A stretch of DNA of 64,000 nt from Blasia pusilla (GCA_050084515.1 CM114271.1:26970001-27034000); one strand, 5' to 3'. Positions 1-13,949 are shown, counted from the first letter of the stretch. Program-made: numbers and translations. Notes: generated by a model not told the origin, from the sequence alone.

Positions 1-316
1 GGACCAAAAGCCATCCAAGGAAGATTGTTTGGGGTTCCCGAAGGTCCGCAAGTTGTTCCTCGTCGCACAGGAAAGGACCGCAAGCACTCATAGTAATCCT
101 CAAGGGCGGTTGCCATGGATTTCAACTTGCTAGAGGGAAGAATAGATCACCGATGGATAGAAAACAGCGCCAATGGACACAAAACCTCGGGTGAGATGTC
201 TCACTTTACCGAAATCCAGAAGTCGCCGTTGTTATAAAGAGATGGGGATCCCCACAAAGAAGTCGCAATGGCGTAGTTGTCCCAACAACAACTACGCATT
301 CAGAACATGCCTCCAT

Positions 317-3300
317 TTACATCGGAAAGAAGAACATGTGAATTCTTATTTGTGTCCTATTATAGCCATACAACTCGGGTAAATACTTCAATGGCAACAT
401 AGACTGCGTGACGTCGACCACCTCCAGGCCTGCTTGAAATGCAAAGCTGAAGTAAGTGTCCAGAGTAGTCAGGTTCCTAATCTCTGTAGCTATGTATGCT
501 ACAGGACCAGAATCTCCATTCTCTTCGTCATTAAGATCGTCGGGAACAACGTCAGCGGCTAGTTCTCGTTGGTCCATAAGCTTGCTCTTTCTGTCCGAAT
601 CCTTCGGATGCTTGGAGGGCGGTGCTTCCATGAAAAGCGATGAATCAGATCCTCGAAGGTGCTTTGAGCCACCGTGCTTGAAAATTGACTTCCGTCGTAG
701 AAGGCCAGCCAAGACACGAATGAGGTTGGGTACATCCATTGGGTTGTATATGAGGTCCGCTCCGAAGCTGAGACCAGACGCAAAGATTTTCCCTCAGTCC
801 CATCAAAGCATCTTAAATTTGGAAGTAGACCAATACCAGGATTCACGTAGAGGAGACTCTTGTTATACTTCGTAACATGCACACATTCAAAACGAACTCT
901 CTTACATGACTTGGGCGTTGAAGGCGTTGATCTCTTCCTCAGAGACCGTCTCCCACAGCAACTGTTGACAGTGGACCTGCCCATAGAATGGCGTCAAATA
1001 TGAGGGACGCTGTGTTCCTAATTTCTTGGGAAAACAAAGACTGATAAGAAACCTATAAGAACCAGTAAGGATATGAAAACGATGAAATTGGCAACAGCAA
1101 GTGGCAGTTGAATCAGAACTAGATCTTCCAGTATTTGGATTCATTAGAAACTATCAAACTTACTAGGTTATTTCCCGTTCCTTGAGTAAGAGTCGGTTTA
1201 TCCTCGATGAAGCCCTGAACACCATTGATGGCCAAGTTGTGCCGCAGATTTGCAAGAGCTGCTAGAGAACCATCCGTTAGTACCACCTGCACAAGATAAC
1301 ATGCTATGAGCATGTATTTTTCCTCATGCCAAGGAGGTACCAATGTCATAATTCTTCTCTTGCGGCAAAGAAGTAAAATGCAACACGAGGGCGTCAACCT
1401 GAGCTGCTACACTCGCATGGTCAATGGATCTTGTTAAAAAGCATTGCACGGAAAATTTTCTCCAACCTTTGAAGGATGCAACCGGCTGAGCCAAATTCCA
1501 CACATTCCTGTTCCCGAACCCAGCTGCAGACACGTGATTAAGATGGTCAGTCGCCATCAACCCCTCTCAACACTACTTCCCAATCATACAAGGAATCGAG
1601 GAAATAAGTTTCACAGCGCACCGCCAGTCGGAGAAACTCAACGAATTCATACGATCCCGCTTATTTCTCTAAACCTTCAATTGGTCGCAAATTGAAAAGA
1701 GGATGACGAAAGGCACCTCCAGGCATGACTTTCCAAGTACTACTTCAGGATGGGTGAGCAGAAACTCCGAGAGAAAGAGCCCAGCGGGCCACAAGGCACA
1801 TCTGCAAATCCATGACTGTAGGAAGATTACTCAACTGAAAATATTCTTCAAAATTCTGAGCTCACACAGATGATAATCGGAAGACTAAAAGGAGAACGAT
1901 CTGTAGGAAGATATGCCAGGAGAGTAGTCTGCATCAAGTCTTAAAGAACGAAACATTGATGCTAAACTGGGTAGACAACGACAGGAAGAGGTCCGCACCC
2001 AGTATCCCCTTCAAGCATGTTGAGAGAAACTTGAAGTGTCACCAGCCTCCTTGAAATCAATTCTGATAACCCTTCATCACCCAAGGTGCATGTCAGGTTT
2101 GTTTTGCCTCCCTCAGGTATCATAAACGTATAACTTTTGTAGCATCGCTCGGCCAATTGCTGCCATCGTGAGCAAAGTGATTAAAATTTTCATGGATGAA
2201 TCAAGGTGAACGTCAGATGCAACATGCGTTCGAGGACGAAGAGAGATGTGACATGATTAGACGCCAACCAGTAAGAGGGAGGCTTATCAGTCCTCGTCCA
2301 TGAAGGGCATGAATTTGATTGTGGAATACATTACAAAATTGCGCCCAACTACGTAAATTTATTTGGAAAAACAAGAGAGAAAGCTGAATACTTGAACGCA
2401 CCTCCGTAGATTGAACAAAACTTGAGTGCATCTCATAGAGGCTATCCAGAACTTCTTCCCCATCTTGTTCAGCAGCGAGAATGATGTTCTTCAAAATACT
2501 CCTGACGTATGCTTTGCTTGAAGGATATCGCAGAAAAACCTGCCATTGATTATCTTCATCATCACAATACAAAGGACCAGCCAAATTCAACCTTGAACTG
2601 AAGCTTCCCATGGTAAAAATGTAGAAAAACGTATTAGGGTCCGGAAATAACCCTCGATGAGGACAATTAGGCAGGGGCCCATACATGAGCTCATGCAAGA
2701 ATACTTCATAATATCCTGTGCCACAGAAATTGGAAGTCCCGATTTCCCACAAAAATGCAATTTGGAAGCATTCTGCCACAAATTCAAGACATACCTCATC
2801 CTTCAAGCACTTGAGGAGAAAAAATTCTTGCGAACGATGAGAAATAGTGCCCTCTCCAAGGGCCCTGAAGACAAAACAAGACAAGCATTACTAAACCTCT
2901 CCGCATGAAGGTGTCCCCATCTGAAATGGTCCCTCTACACTTACGACGACACTGTTATCCCTACTTATTGAGCACATTTCAGCTACTTGTTCCCTCTGAT
3001 TTTCAGATTGTATGACTCCACTAACATGTTTCTCATCATTGCATGTGGAAGTACTGCTATTCTGTAAGGCCTTTAGACGATACAGTGAAGTAAACTACCC
3101 AGCCTTGAGGACTCATGGATATACATGTCGAGCCCTCAAAAAGGACTCACATTTTGGATAGGACACCAAATTGGACATTCAGGATGACGTTCTAATTGAA
3201 TACGCCATCTGGTGACTCTCATCGAGTCTGACAGAACAACAATTTATGAGGACAAATGAGTGACTGAAGTGCCCCAGAAAACCCCTTTATATGATTTTTT

Positions 3301-6300
3301 GTGACAGCTTGAGGCATATGTTAAAAAGGAGGATCAAAGAGACCTCTAGTTTACAGGTTAATGAAAATAAGCCAATAAACTTGTGTCGTTCAAAAGTGGG
3401 ATATGTACATATCACGGGCAATTCTAAGGGAGGTCTTAAATAAGAGCCTGGGCGAAGATCAGCCTGTTTGTCAGGCTGTTAACAGCAGTTCCTCATGTTC
3501 ACAACCCAAATGCGAGACTAAGTTTCCCATTACAGAGAATGAATGAATGAATAGATTTATTGTCCGCGGGGACCCCACAGGGCCATGGGACTTAGTTTTG
3601 ACACTTAACAACAAATTTGGAGAGAGAGCAAGCACCAGCGAGGGCCTAAAGGGTCCTCAGAGCCAGGTGAGTGTCCCTGGTCTTCACACAACTATGCGAG
3701 AATTTAGCAATCTGAGTCTGATTCTGCCTAGTCATGAACGGGAGGACCCTGGGAGCTCGGTGAACAAAGAGATCCGGGAAGTCAAGCCTAATGTGGTCGT
3801 GAAAGGTGCAGTCGAAGAGGTAGTGATGTTCATCATCAACAAGCCCCGAGTTGCAAAATCTACATAATCTGTCCTCTCTTTTCTTCTGTGAGAATTTTCC
3901 TTTCTCAATCTCCAGGTCAGTAGAGCCACATCTGAATCTCGCTAATGTATGACGTAACTTAGAGGGAATGGGGGCAGAGATGTAGGAGGCTTGCTGCATG
4001 GATCTGCAGTTGTTCATGAGGGTGTGGTAGCGCCTCATTCTTTCACCATTTTTGTGAGAGGAATTCCCCCTGCTTTCCCAGAGGCGCTGGTGTCGGCCCC
4101 AGTTGATGGCAATGTAATTGTTGTGTAATTGTTCAGCAAGGTCCTGGTGGGTGGCCGTAGGCAGGTCACCGATGGATATTCCCCATTTCATGAGCCACTC
4201 CGTGCAGTCATAGTACCAATTTTTAGCCCCAAGGGTGGCACTACTTTTTGAAACCACGTAGGCCCTGGCGGATAGACGATTGGGATCGTCCTCGCAGATA
4301 TCCTCAAGGTGTTGGAGAAATGTGATCAGATTTTTAACAGCATGGATCTCCATTGGTACCTCCCCAAACTCAGCCAATAGAATGTCGTGGGGAGTGGTTT
4401 TCCTAATGCCCAGACTCTGACGCATGAAGAGTTTCTGGGGGGGCCTCAAGGCTCTGGGGCCAAGCCTTGGAGCTGGGGCCCCACACTTCAGATGCATAAA
4501 GTGTGGCTGGGATCACTAGAGCTTTGAATAAATGGAGTTTCTGTGGAATATGCCACAGTTCCATGCCTGCATTGATCTTGTTGCGACTCCCATTGGCTCT
4601 CCATTGGTTGTTGGGTTTGAGTTGCACCCCCCAGGTATATGTACTCACCCACAATCTCAATGATCTCCCTTCTCATTCCCTGGCTGAAGGTGAAAGTGTG
4701 TGACCGCTGCGCCGTAGGGAGCTGTGATCCAAAGATGATTATCTTCGTTTTCAGCAAGTTGACTTCCATGCCCGATTTGTTGCAGAAGCTTGAAAGTGCA
4801 TTCAGGTAAAGTTGGAGCCCATGTGCTGTTCTAGACATCAGAACTATATCATCTGCATACAGGAGCAGGGGGATGAGGCAGTGTGCTAGCTCTGGTGGAT
4901 CTCCATTCACTCCAGAAAGCACCTCTTCAAGTTCGTCAATGTAGAGCCCAAACAATGCAAAGAGAGAGCCTACCCAAAGAGAGAGCCTACACTAGGATGA
5001 TTGTCGAGGTTTAGCGACAGAAGACAAAGCTTGAACATGAGCAGAGCAGAAACGTGAAATAGATAAGTCTATGTTAGTGGCCCGCAGAATAGTTACAACG
5101 TCCAGAGAATGGGAAGCCAATTGTGACAGTTTTTGACTAATGAGGATACGAATCGTATTTGTGCTGGAAGAAAACCTCAATAAGTTTCACGAAGTGGAAA
5201 TGAAAGCCGCCAGTGTAGCATCCAGAGGCGGAGACTGCAAATCCAGGTGGACTTTCAAAACATATGGACAAAATATCGTTCCATAACAGCACGTCGTTCA
5301 ATTAGGCTTCAAATTTCAGAGAAATCTAGGGATCCCAGAAGTTGTGAGCGACCCGGGATGCATCTATACACAACAGAAATTGAAAGCCCCAATAAGTTAT
5401 GAACTTGAATAACCTCATGAAGACAATAAGGCCTTCTGAGCGGCCAACATCTTCATTCTATTCACTAACGTTTGAACACCGAAACGCTGACAAAGGCCAT
5501 GTACCGCCCAGCAGAGGTGATAAGACTGGGACGTATTAAAAAAGGTACGCAGATACGAAACAAAGGACATGGCTTCAACATAGTAGGACTCCCTGGTTCA
5601 GAACATACGGCAGGACGGTCATACCCAGTGAACAGCCCGCTTGCTATAGCCGACGATATATATATAGAGTCCAAATATAAAGTCCAACGAACAGCTGAAA
5701 CTGAACTCCGCTTACCTCTCCTTCTACATGAATGTACGTATTATAACCTTGGGAAACCTTCGCAAAAGTATTTGGATGCGGAAGACAGAGTTATCCAATC
5801 TCTCCCACCACCTATGTCAGCCTGCCCCGAGACATAGGTGGTGGGAGAGATTGGATAAGATGGCTACCCCGAACATGTGGGCCAACTAGAAGAACGAGGT
5901 TAGAGTGTACCAACATAGCAGACTTGAACTGAAAGGGAATCCGGAACTGAAATTGAAGTAAGAAAGACGAAGTTATTCTTTCTCCTCCACTGGCTCCGTC
6001 AGATTTTTGTGTTAACAGAGACTTCCTAACTAAAGCCGGAGATTTTCGACATCATTACCATCAGCACTCGTACCAACTTTGAAAACAAGGTGCAAGTGCA
6101 TCGCGCACGAAACTGTTCCACCAAATTAGAAATGCAGATTGTACGGGTGGGCTGAGAATCCTGAACTTGAATTCCTGAAATTTTTCCTCAGTGACGTGGC
6201 AACAGATATTGAGAGGCACTGCCTCCAGTCAGCTCACGCTCGGCATCAGGAGAAAATGCTACTTCTGCTAAAGTTTAAACCATGTTTTTAAACTTGGAAC

Positions 6301-6563
6301 ACTTTGACGACAAGACCATGTGCCACAAACCATGACTGCTCGGCTCGTTGGTTCCACATTCGTTTTTCCTCTCAATCTCGTTATGAGATTTCCCGCCTTA
6401 CATCGAGGATTGAAGAACGATAGCAGGCGATAAACGAGAAAAATATCAATAGATCCTAGCATAGAATCACAAACCTGACGTGCGAGACAAGAACCGACGG
6501 CGGCTGCGTAACCAGAAAGGCTGCTACCAGACGCTGTTCTGCGGTTTCATTTGGAGTGTCCAT
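317..6563 (-). CDS. FAM86/EEF2KMT-like protein-lysine methyltransferase (Methyltransf_16 family), 9 exons, 414 aa
   Basis: Exons 6563-6475, 2864-2795, 2539-2402, 2159-1999, 1801-1717, 1523-1467, 1286-1164, 976-906, 767-317. All introns are GT-AG and the total of 1245 nt stays in frame. Motifs: N-terminal LVAAFL..P (FAM86 N-domain), LNMLEGDTGCALWPAG, SAM motif I CLELGSGTG, VVLTDG, GADLIYNP, YIATEIRN. Confidence 0.9.
3537..4957 (-). mobile_element. 5'-truncated, frameshifted non-LTR retrotransposon (LINE, RTE/RTEX/L2-like) inside intron 1 of the FAM86-like gene
   Basis: RT motifs FGLYIDEL and LLYADDIVL (4488-4955). C-terminal LARFRCG...RLCRFC...DEHHYLFDC cysteine/histidine motif (3646-4497). 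The minus-strand 3' end is AATAAA followed by an (ATTC)n tail (plus strand gaatgaatgaatgaat, 3537-3552). Confidence 0.9.
5791..5858. repeat. Perfect 28-bp inverted repeat with a 12-nt loop
   Basis: ttatccaatctctcccaccacctatgtc (5791-5818) is the exact reverse complement of 5831-5858. Confidence 0.95.
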
Positions 6564-7159
6564 GCCTGTGTTCGCTTCCCGCTTCTGTCCCAGCAGCCCC
6601 GACCGCCGCGAAACTAGTTTTCCCTCACTCACATTCATCAGACGTTTGTTCCGTTTTATACCCCGAGAGAGAGATCCCCTGTTAAGGAGTCGACTGCACT
6701 GGTCTACACTGGATCTGCTCCAATTCGCACGTGAACACAGTACAGACGGCAGATGCTTCGTGTCCTATCATTCAATGAAGTGCTGAAATTCTTCGCTGTA
6801 CCTGAATGCATGAATGGAGCTCCGAATCAGGGAATAGGGCGATTCAAAGGCTTTAGGGTCGTACAACTATTTACGTAAATTCATAGCAAATTTAAACGGG
6901 GAATTCGATTTAGGTGACCTCCAAAAAGAGAACATTTGATAGTTCATTTGAGAAGTTTTTATTCCACGAGTTATCCATTCTTGAGCTCTTTTTCAAGAGA
7001 TAAGAATGTATGACTTGAGGCATAATCGGGTGTTTAGGATTCTAAGCCCTTTGCATAGCATGGTCCCTCACGGGACCTAACTAGTATCTGTGAGTTTGTA
7101 TCTATAAATTCATTTCATAAATTATTTTGGTCATGTTAAGTATGAGTGATTTAAAGAGA

Positions 7160-7349
7160 CTAGTGTAAGCCCGTGCCAATTTAAATTATCTCTCATGATT
7201 CATTTTCAAAGTTTTCAAGTGTCATTTTAAAATAATTTCGAGTGATCCCATTGATTCATAAGGCGAGCGATGCTATTGATCGAAAGTGCCAAGTGTCAAG
7301 AGGAAAAGAGTTTTCAAAACGAAAGGAAACTCTCCAATAATAATATAGA
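7160..7349 (-). mobile_element. Putative non-autonomous mini-Helitron
   Basis: The minus strand begins A|TCTATATTA (7349) and ends GGCACGGGCTTACA-CTAG|T (7160). This fits Helitron TC...CTAG termini at an AT target. Confidence 0.55.
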
Positions 7350-7417
7350 TTGGTAGGGGAAATGAATTATTAAATAGGGATCCATTCATTGTATTGTCCC
7401 TTCCAGGTCCTTACTAG

Positions 7418-7642
7418 TCTATATAATTAAAAGAGGATGGGGTTAGAAAAAACCCTCCTCCGGTGTTGACACTTATCATCTAAGTGTTCTTATGGTGTTG
7501 ACACATTCCACTTTAAGAGAGGAAGTTAAGTTAAGATTAGGCAATTAGATTAAATGAGGAAGGGAAAGAAGGCCCTAAGGCGCTAAGCTAGAATTTTTTT
7601 TAATTTGAAGGTCACCGGTGCATACCACGAGCAACACTCTAG
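7418..7642 (+). mobile_element. Putative non-autonomous mini-Helitron
   Basis: Starts TCTATATAATTAAAAG directly after another CTAG. Ends with a degenerate GC-rich subterminal stretch and CTAG|T. Confidence 0.4.
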
Positions 7643-10600
7643 TATTTATAGTGATAGGATCTATGTGATACTAATACGAGCGTTGATAGAGGAGAGAGAA
7701 AGGAATGTGGAAGCTTCCTCGATTGTGTTCCCCTAGTTTGAGAATAGATATATAATCATTTTTGAATTACGATTAACATGTTTTCTATGTTAAATTGATA
7801 ATAATAGAATTACATCAAATTAAATTTTTGAAGCACAATGGGGCATTTTTCGCGAGAAAAAAAATTTTACTTGTTTTTTCGTTAGAAAACGTAACCTAGG
7901 ATTACCTTTAGAGGAAGTGGATTTACTTTTTTCTTAAGCCACTTTTCCACAATAAGTAACCCCTCCTTCTTTCGATTCTAGTATAGAATCTATATTATTG
8001 TTACAGAGTGGCTTCTCAATTTGCATGCTAAGGTCGCCACCTCTCCTGGCCATCGCTCGATCACTGCACCTGTGAATCGAACTGGTAATGAGCTAAGGCG
8101 CCCATCACCTGACTGCCATCCTGGTCTGTAGGACGTTGACTCCTCCCAGTAATCCAGGGAAAATCCCGTCGGGTATAACACTGCTCCACCAACCAAGACG
8201 TCGTAGGAGTCTGCATCAGTCACTATCGCCTTGGCTCGCACCACGGACTCATCTGTAGGATGTCCCGGGCGAATCCTCACCACGACCTCTTGTCGGGTCA
8301 TATGCTGTGTGGTACTCGCTCCACCCAAGGATGTCTGTATCCGGAATGGACAACGCTCCACATCGGCTCTCGTCAAGCTCAATCCTCTAAATGACGCTTT
8401 CCCCAACATCAGGGGTTGTGCTCCTGAATCCAACAAGACGCGTAGCGGACTAAAAGCTCTACCTCCGGGACTCACCAACTGGAAGACCGCTCCTCGGTTA
8501 TCCAGCAACACAACACTAGGAGAAGCCATGGCACGCTCTATCGCGGGTCTAGCGGGCATCTCCGCCATCCTAGCAGCCGCAGCCTGCCATGAATCTGACG
8601 TGGACGGCTCGAGCATCTGCTCCAAGGGCAAGTCCATCACCTCCTCTGCAATCACCTTTGAACGTGATGCAAGAACTCCAACTCCGCGCTCACATAGTGA
8701 AGCGGCCAACCGAAAAGCCTTGGCGGGTGTACCCCCCAACGTCTTAACATCGGAAGCAGAAAGTAAAGGAGTGCGGTACACAACCGTGGCCGCCCCCAAC
8801 AACGTGCTCAACACATGCCTCTCCTGAGCATCAACAATAGGAGTCGTCGTACTTGCTTCTCCCATCGTCCTCTGTGCTTGCACACCAACAACATCACCAA
8901 CTCTCCACGAACTTTGATGAGGACCCATCGATGGGATCCTCATCGCTTCAGACAACGTGAAAGACTGAGGAAGCCTAGTTTGTTTTATGGCTTCCCCTTG
9001 CTATGGATCCAACTCTGCGGCTGCTCCACGCGTCATAATTGTGGCGGCCTCCATCTGGGCAACCTCGCACATCCAACCAGGATCCCCCACATCTCTGGCT
9101 GCTCCATATGATGTTGATGCCACGGATCCGACATCGGGTAACCTCAATGCCATAGCGGCAATCTGCTCCTGTAGCTGCTGTATTTGAGCAGCAAACCTAG
9201 CCTCACGTCCGACGTCTCCCTCGGTGCGTCTAGGTGGTAGTACTCTACCTCCTCCACGGGCAGCTCCACCATCATGTCGGGCAACTCCAACTCCTCGTCC
9301 CCCAACGGGACCACTTGGTGCACGATCTCTAGGCCCATCCGGACCGGCTACTCGCTCTAGTGCCCTCTCTTGCCCTCGGTCCGGACATAACTCACGATAT
9401 AAACTGAAACACCTGGCGCATGTATGACCATACCTCTGACAATAGTCACACTGATAACCTCCTGGTGCAGCACCATCTCCTCAGCAAAGAACTCAACCAT
9501 AGGGTTGAACCTGGGATGAACTCGACTAGATGGTGCAACTGCTCCCATGCGAGTGACCCCTCCTAAAACGTCACTAGTGGAAGAGGAAGTAACCTCTCCT
9601 GACTCCTCCTCCTCATCTGGGAACGGCTCCATCCATGACACATAATGTGGGTGATAGTAGAGCCTCCACGCCTCGATCTCACGTGCATATCTCTGAGAGA
9701 ACTCATGGTAATCGTCCATGGGCGCCCCCTCTAAATGCTAGAACATATTGTTCCATGCTGTAAACAAGTTCAACTCTCTAGAGTTCCTAGCGCGTTGGGA
9801 GTCGCACCAACTCCTAAACTATGCTATGTAATCGTGCAACTCAATTGTACCTATTGCATCTGAAAACCTACGCGGTCCTCTACCCCGATCGTCCATCTCG
9901 TACGCCCAACTGGTAGGACCACTCCCAATGTGCGGTGATGTGCTCACAAACTCCTCTACACCCTCCCCCTCGTTTGACGATGACACAAAAGGAGGTCAAG
10001 GTGGTCCCTCACGTGGAGACCCTCAGAACCTCGCGCCACTCCGCGTAAAACCTCTAGAGCTACTCTTGGTTCACCACCTCGCCTCTCAAAGTCCCGGACG
10101 GACGCCGTGATCACCCTCGTGCCCCTCTCACTCGATCACTCTCAACCTCGTGAGTAATACCTCAATCACTCATCCCAAACATGCGGCACTCGATCTACAC
10201 TCTCCCTCCCCGAGACGTGTAACGTGCGGCAACAAGCGGCGTGGTCCGACAAATCGACCAGGCTATCATCTTATCGACAACCTACCCTCAACTCCGGACA
10301 TCCCACATAGGTCTATATCCCCTAAACCATATACATAAATGATGCTCTCAGCATCCATACAACCCCAATATCCCCAAATAAACTACCCAAATCCCACAAT
10401 CCCTCACGCGTGCAGGGTAAAGGACCAGAATGAGTAACCTGAACACATGTTGTTGTCGCTCCTCAGCAATTGTAAATCTTGACCCCAACTCGGTCGTGGA
10501 GACAACTCCTCCAATCATCAAATTTTACTCCTCCCGTACTAACGTTGCTCAAAACTCCTTGATAGATAGTGCGGTTCCAGCGGAACGGTGCGGCGTTGCA

Positions 10601-11699
10601 GGCGGCACGGAACCGCTAAGAACGACACGACCCTCGATGGTGGGATGCGGCACTCGGCGGCATACCCTCCTCAATCAACAATAAACCCACACTCTGCTCC
10701 ATAATGACAAAGTCCCTCCGTGATCCAGATGGTGCGGCATAGCGCGGCAATCGGCGGCGCGTTGCGGTTACGGGCGTCACGGCAGGGTACTCGATTGTCG
10801 TCCAGCGGCTACCAATCACAACATAGCAGCATGAAATGAAAACTCATACACCATAACCCAAGGTCACATGCCTTCACTGGTTGATGACGAAACTGCGATG
10901 ACGGTGACGGCCAAAAAAAAGTACCTAGTGACGGCGCAAGTCACAGAATCAACAGTCATCGTGGAAGACCCTCCACTCCATAATGGCGGAAATTGCAACC
11001 AAGGGTGGACAACGGCCGAACCCGGCTCCGAGCAGCGCTAGGCGGCGGCGGTCAACAATGGATGGAGGACGGTGGACCATTGACGATGACATTGGATCAT
11101 TGACGGTGACTATGACGGAAATGGCCACCGCCAGCACGGCGGCTCGTTTAGGGTTTGAACAATTTAACCCTAAAAATCGTCTAGCAATGGCAATTTTGCA
11201 ATATTGACCATAACTTTTTGCTCGCAACTCCAAATTGCACATTGTCTATTGCACAACGTGCACAGCTTCATGATCTATGACAAAGTTAAAAAATATTTTG
11301 AATCGGACATTCTAGTAAAAACTGACAGGGATTGTTGTAAAGCTCAACGTCTCTTTCTCCTACACAAAATTTGGCAGCGCTTCCGCGCTGATTTCTCCCA
11401 AAAAAATTGTAAAACATGTGAAAACACAAATTAACAAGCTACATGGTGCTCCTAAGAGCACTGGCATGGGGAAATTTGTCCCCATACTCAATTCCTATGA
11501 AAAATTGGGCAGCGCTTCCACGCGCCACTCTTCCACATGAAAAAACGCAAAGGAGACATAAAAAAATGAGCAGCCGCGGCTCCGGTAAGCACTCCCATGA
11601 ACCGATGAATGGGGAATAAGATCCCCAACTTGCGAAACCAATGAGTGAACAATGAGCTCCCCCATGAAGCTCTCTCACTCATCTCATTCTCTCTTTATA

Positions 11700-11880
11700 A
11701 ATCAAGATCCAATCTCTCTCAACACCATAGCTCTCAAATATGTGCACTCTCACATGTCTCTCTCAATGTCAAACCAAACCCACTCTCTTAATGAGAGGCT
11801 TGGGTTACACACACAAGGCAAGCAAGACCATAGCCCCGTCGTCTCATGCCAAGAGGTTCAACAAAGAAAGAATGAGCTCT

Positions 11881-11975
<95 letters not shown>

Positions 11976-12211
11976 AACCTATGCTCCCAAGTCACCTCCT
12001 TGGCTCTTGACCTGATGTAGGAGGTCAAGGGCCACTTACCTAAAGAGAAAGTTCCTTAATATGGCTCCAAATGAGCCAAAACGAAGGGGAAACCTGCTCT
12101 CTTAGGTTTCCCGGAGCCTCTGCAGATCATCCTCGACCTCTTGAGCATGTCCTCCACTACTCGTGAAGACGCTCTACTAGATCTCACCGATCTATCCTAA
12201 AAGACGTGACA
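11700..12211 (-). repeat. LTR fragment (5' LTR of remnant A), homologous to solo LTR 61269-61892
   Basis: About 500 bp of reverse-complement similarity to 61269-61775, visible also in near-identical spurious ORFs 11740-12015 and 61507-61728. Outer end reads TGTCAC on the minus strand. Confidence 0.85.
11885..11972. repeat. (CT)44 microsatellite inside the LTR
   Basis: Perfect CT run read directly from the sequence. Confidence 0.97.
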
Positions 12212-13949
12212 AGTTGGATGATTTATGGATAAAACATACAGAAAGCTTACTCTAGTTATAATATCGATGAGAAGGCATATAGACAAAGTCCAAAAATTTC
12301 CCACCAAGTGCATTGTGCGTGATCGTGCTTGATCATCGTTCAATGCCCAAATTCTATAGCTACACCCACAATCGATCATGGATTAAGGCTACTTGGATTT
12401 TGTGGCACCTTTACTATTGACATAACGCCATAACGAATATTTTTTGATGATGGTTGAGGGTTCCTTGATTGAGTGTTGAGTCACTGTGGTGCACCAAAAG
12501 AAGTGTTGAAAGACCAACAAACCAAGTTTCATGCCTTCTATATGATAAGAAATTTATTGACCAACGCAAAATATTATGAGATCATCATGAGGCAAATGGT
12601 CTTGCCAAATGTATTATTAAGATGGTGAAGAGGAGTTTGCACAAGTATGGCATATAGAGAGCCTCACGTTGCTTGGGATATTGGGACCTGCAAATGTTAT
12701 GGATGGCAATGGAATTTAGATTTAGCACGCACTAGAGTTGGCAAGCATTCTTGCCATCCATTTTGCCTTACTTTCTGCATTATGGATGAAATTCGGATTT
12801 ATATGTGGCCATATGTCTTGATCTAAGTAAGATGGTGAACCTCAATAATCATGATTTTTTGATGCAAGTATTTCTTTAAAGGGCGGAGATATTTCACAAA
12901 GTCATGCCTATGGTATTCGAGAATCTAGTAATTGCACAACATCAAGACATATCAAGGTATGTGAATATCCAAGGAGAAGGCTATTGATCAATGATCTCGA
13001 GGTTCCATTAGGAGGACTATGTTTCTCTACAATTGACTACAATGACAACTTTGGACTTGATAGTAGGGCATAACATTTTGATCGTATATGAGATTTTCCA
13101 TCTAACGTTCTCTTATCATGTTGGAGGGGAGTGATGTGATATTTTTGAAAGACTATGTGCACAAGTGTGCTCCGTGTTACCTTCCCAATATTGATGGTAC
13201 AATTGACCCAAGCTTATGATGCATATTGTGCGGATTTGCTAGAGAAGCAACTATCATGCTAGTTTATTATGGGTGTTTGAGAGAGTTGTACTTTGCATTA
13301 GATTTCCTCTAGGATGATGGATATGCCCCATCTATACAAACGATAGGTTGTCACACATTTAGACTTGCTCGAGTGACTTGGATGACATGAAGACAATTAA
13401 CAATAGGAGCACATAAGCACTTGTTCTTACTCTTAGCATCTTGGAGTTGTATGTTAAAAGTCAATAAAAATAGATGATTATCAAGAGTTAGAAGGACCTT
13501 ACTACAAATTAGGGGGATGATTGGAGATATTTTGGGAGCCACTTGTCTCAATGTTAGGACTCCATAATTGAATATGTTAGTCTATTAATTTTTTGTAGTT
13601 GATTAGTCAAAAGGATGTATGTTGTGTAGCAAAGTGTATGAGCATTATAATTGTTATATCCTTTCTACCAAAATAGAAATAATCCACGTGGCATATTAGG
13701 GAAGACCAAAGATCAAACCTAATCGATTAAGGATGACCTAATGAAAAGGAGGGTAATTTGCAAGTGCAAGTTTTTTCTTGGGTTTAGCTTATTTATATGA
13801 ACTGAGTAGTTCCAACAAGTTCCTTATTTGGAAGAGTTGACTTTCTCTTTGTAGAAATTGACTTTCTCTCTGTAAAAATTGACACTTCACATACTATATA
13901 ATACACGTTTAGAGTCAAGGAGATGACATACATGGATAGGTCATTAATG

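Larger units (their letters stand above)
8025..12211 (-). mobile_element. Ty3/gypsy remnant A: partial 5' LTR, gag-like region and aspartic protease, truncated after the protease
   Basis: ORF 7990-8955 has the retropepsin motif RVLLDSGAQP and is homologous to 34745-35628 and 43600-44520. The gag-like segment MDDYHEFS..IEAWRLYY (9357-9719) is homologous to 45264-45599. LTR part about 11700-12211 ends ...GTGACA. About 10450-11640 looks like an unrelated insertion. Confidence 0.85.

Noticed and set aside
8231-8827. 198-aa plus-strand ORF (also 34113-34472 and 35234-35464)
   Set aside because: These are antisense frames of the gypsy protease and spacer regions.
10450-11640. Insertion inside remnant A as a defined DNA transposon
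   Set aside because: It looks foreign, but no terminal inverted repeats, TSD or transposase motif could be identified.
11652-12020. ORFs with long SL repeats
   Set aside because: They are translations of the (CT)44 microsatellite within an LTR.
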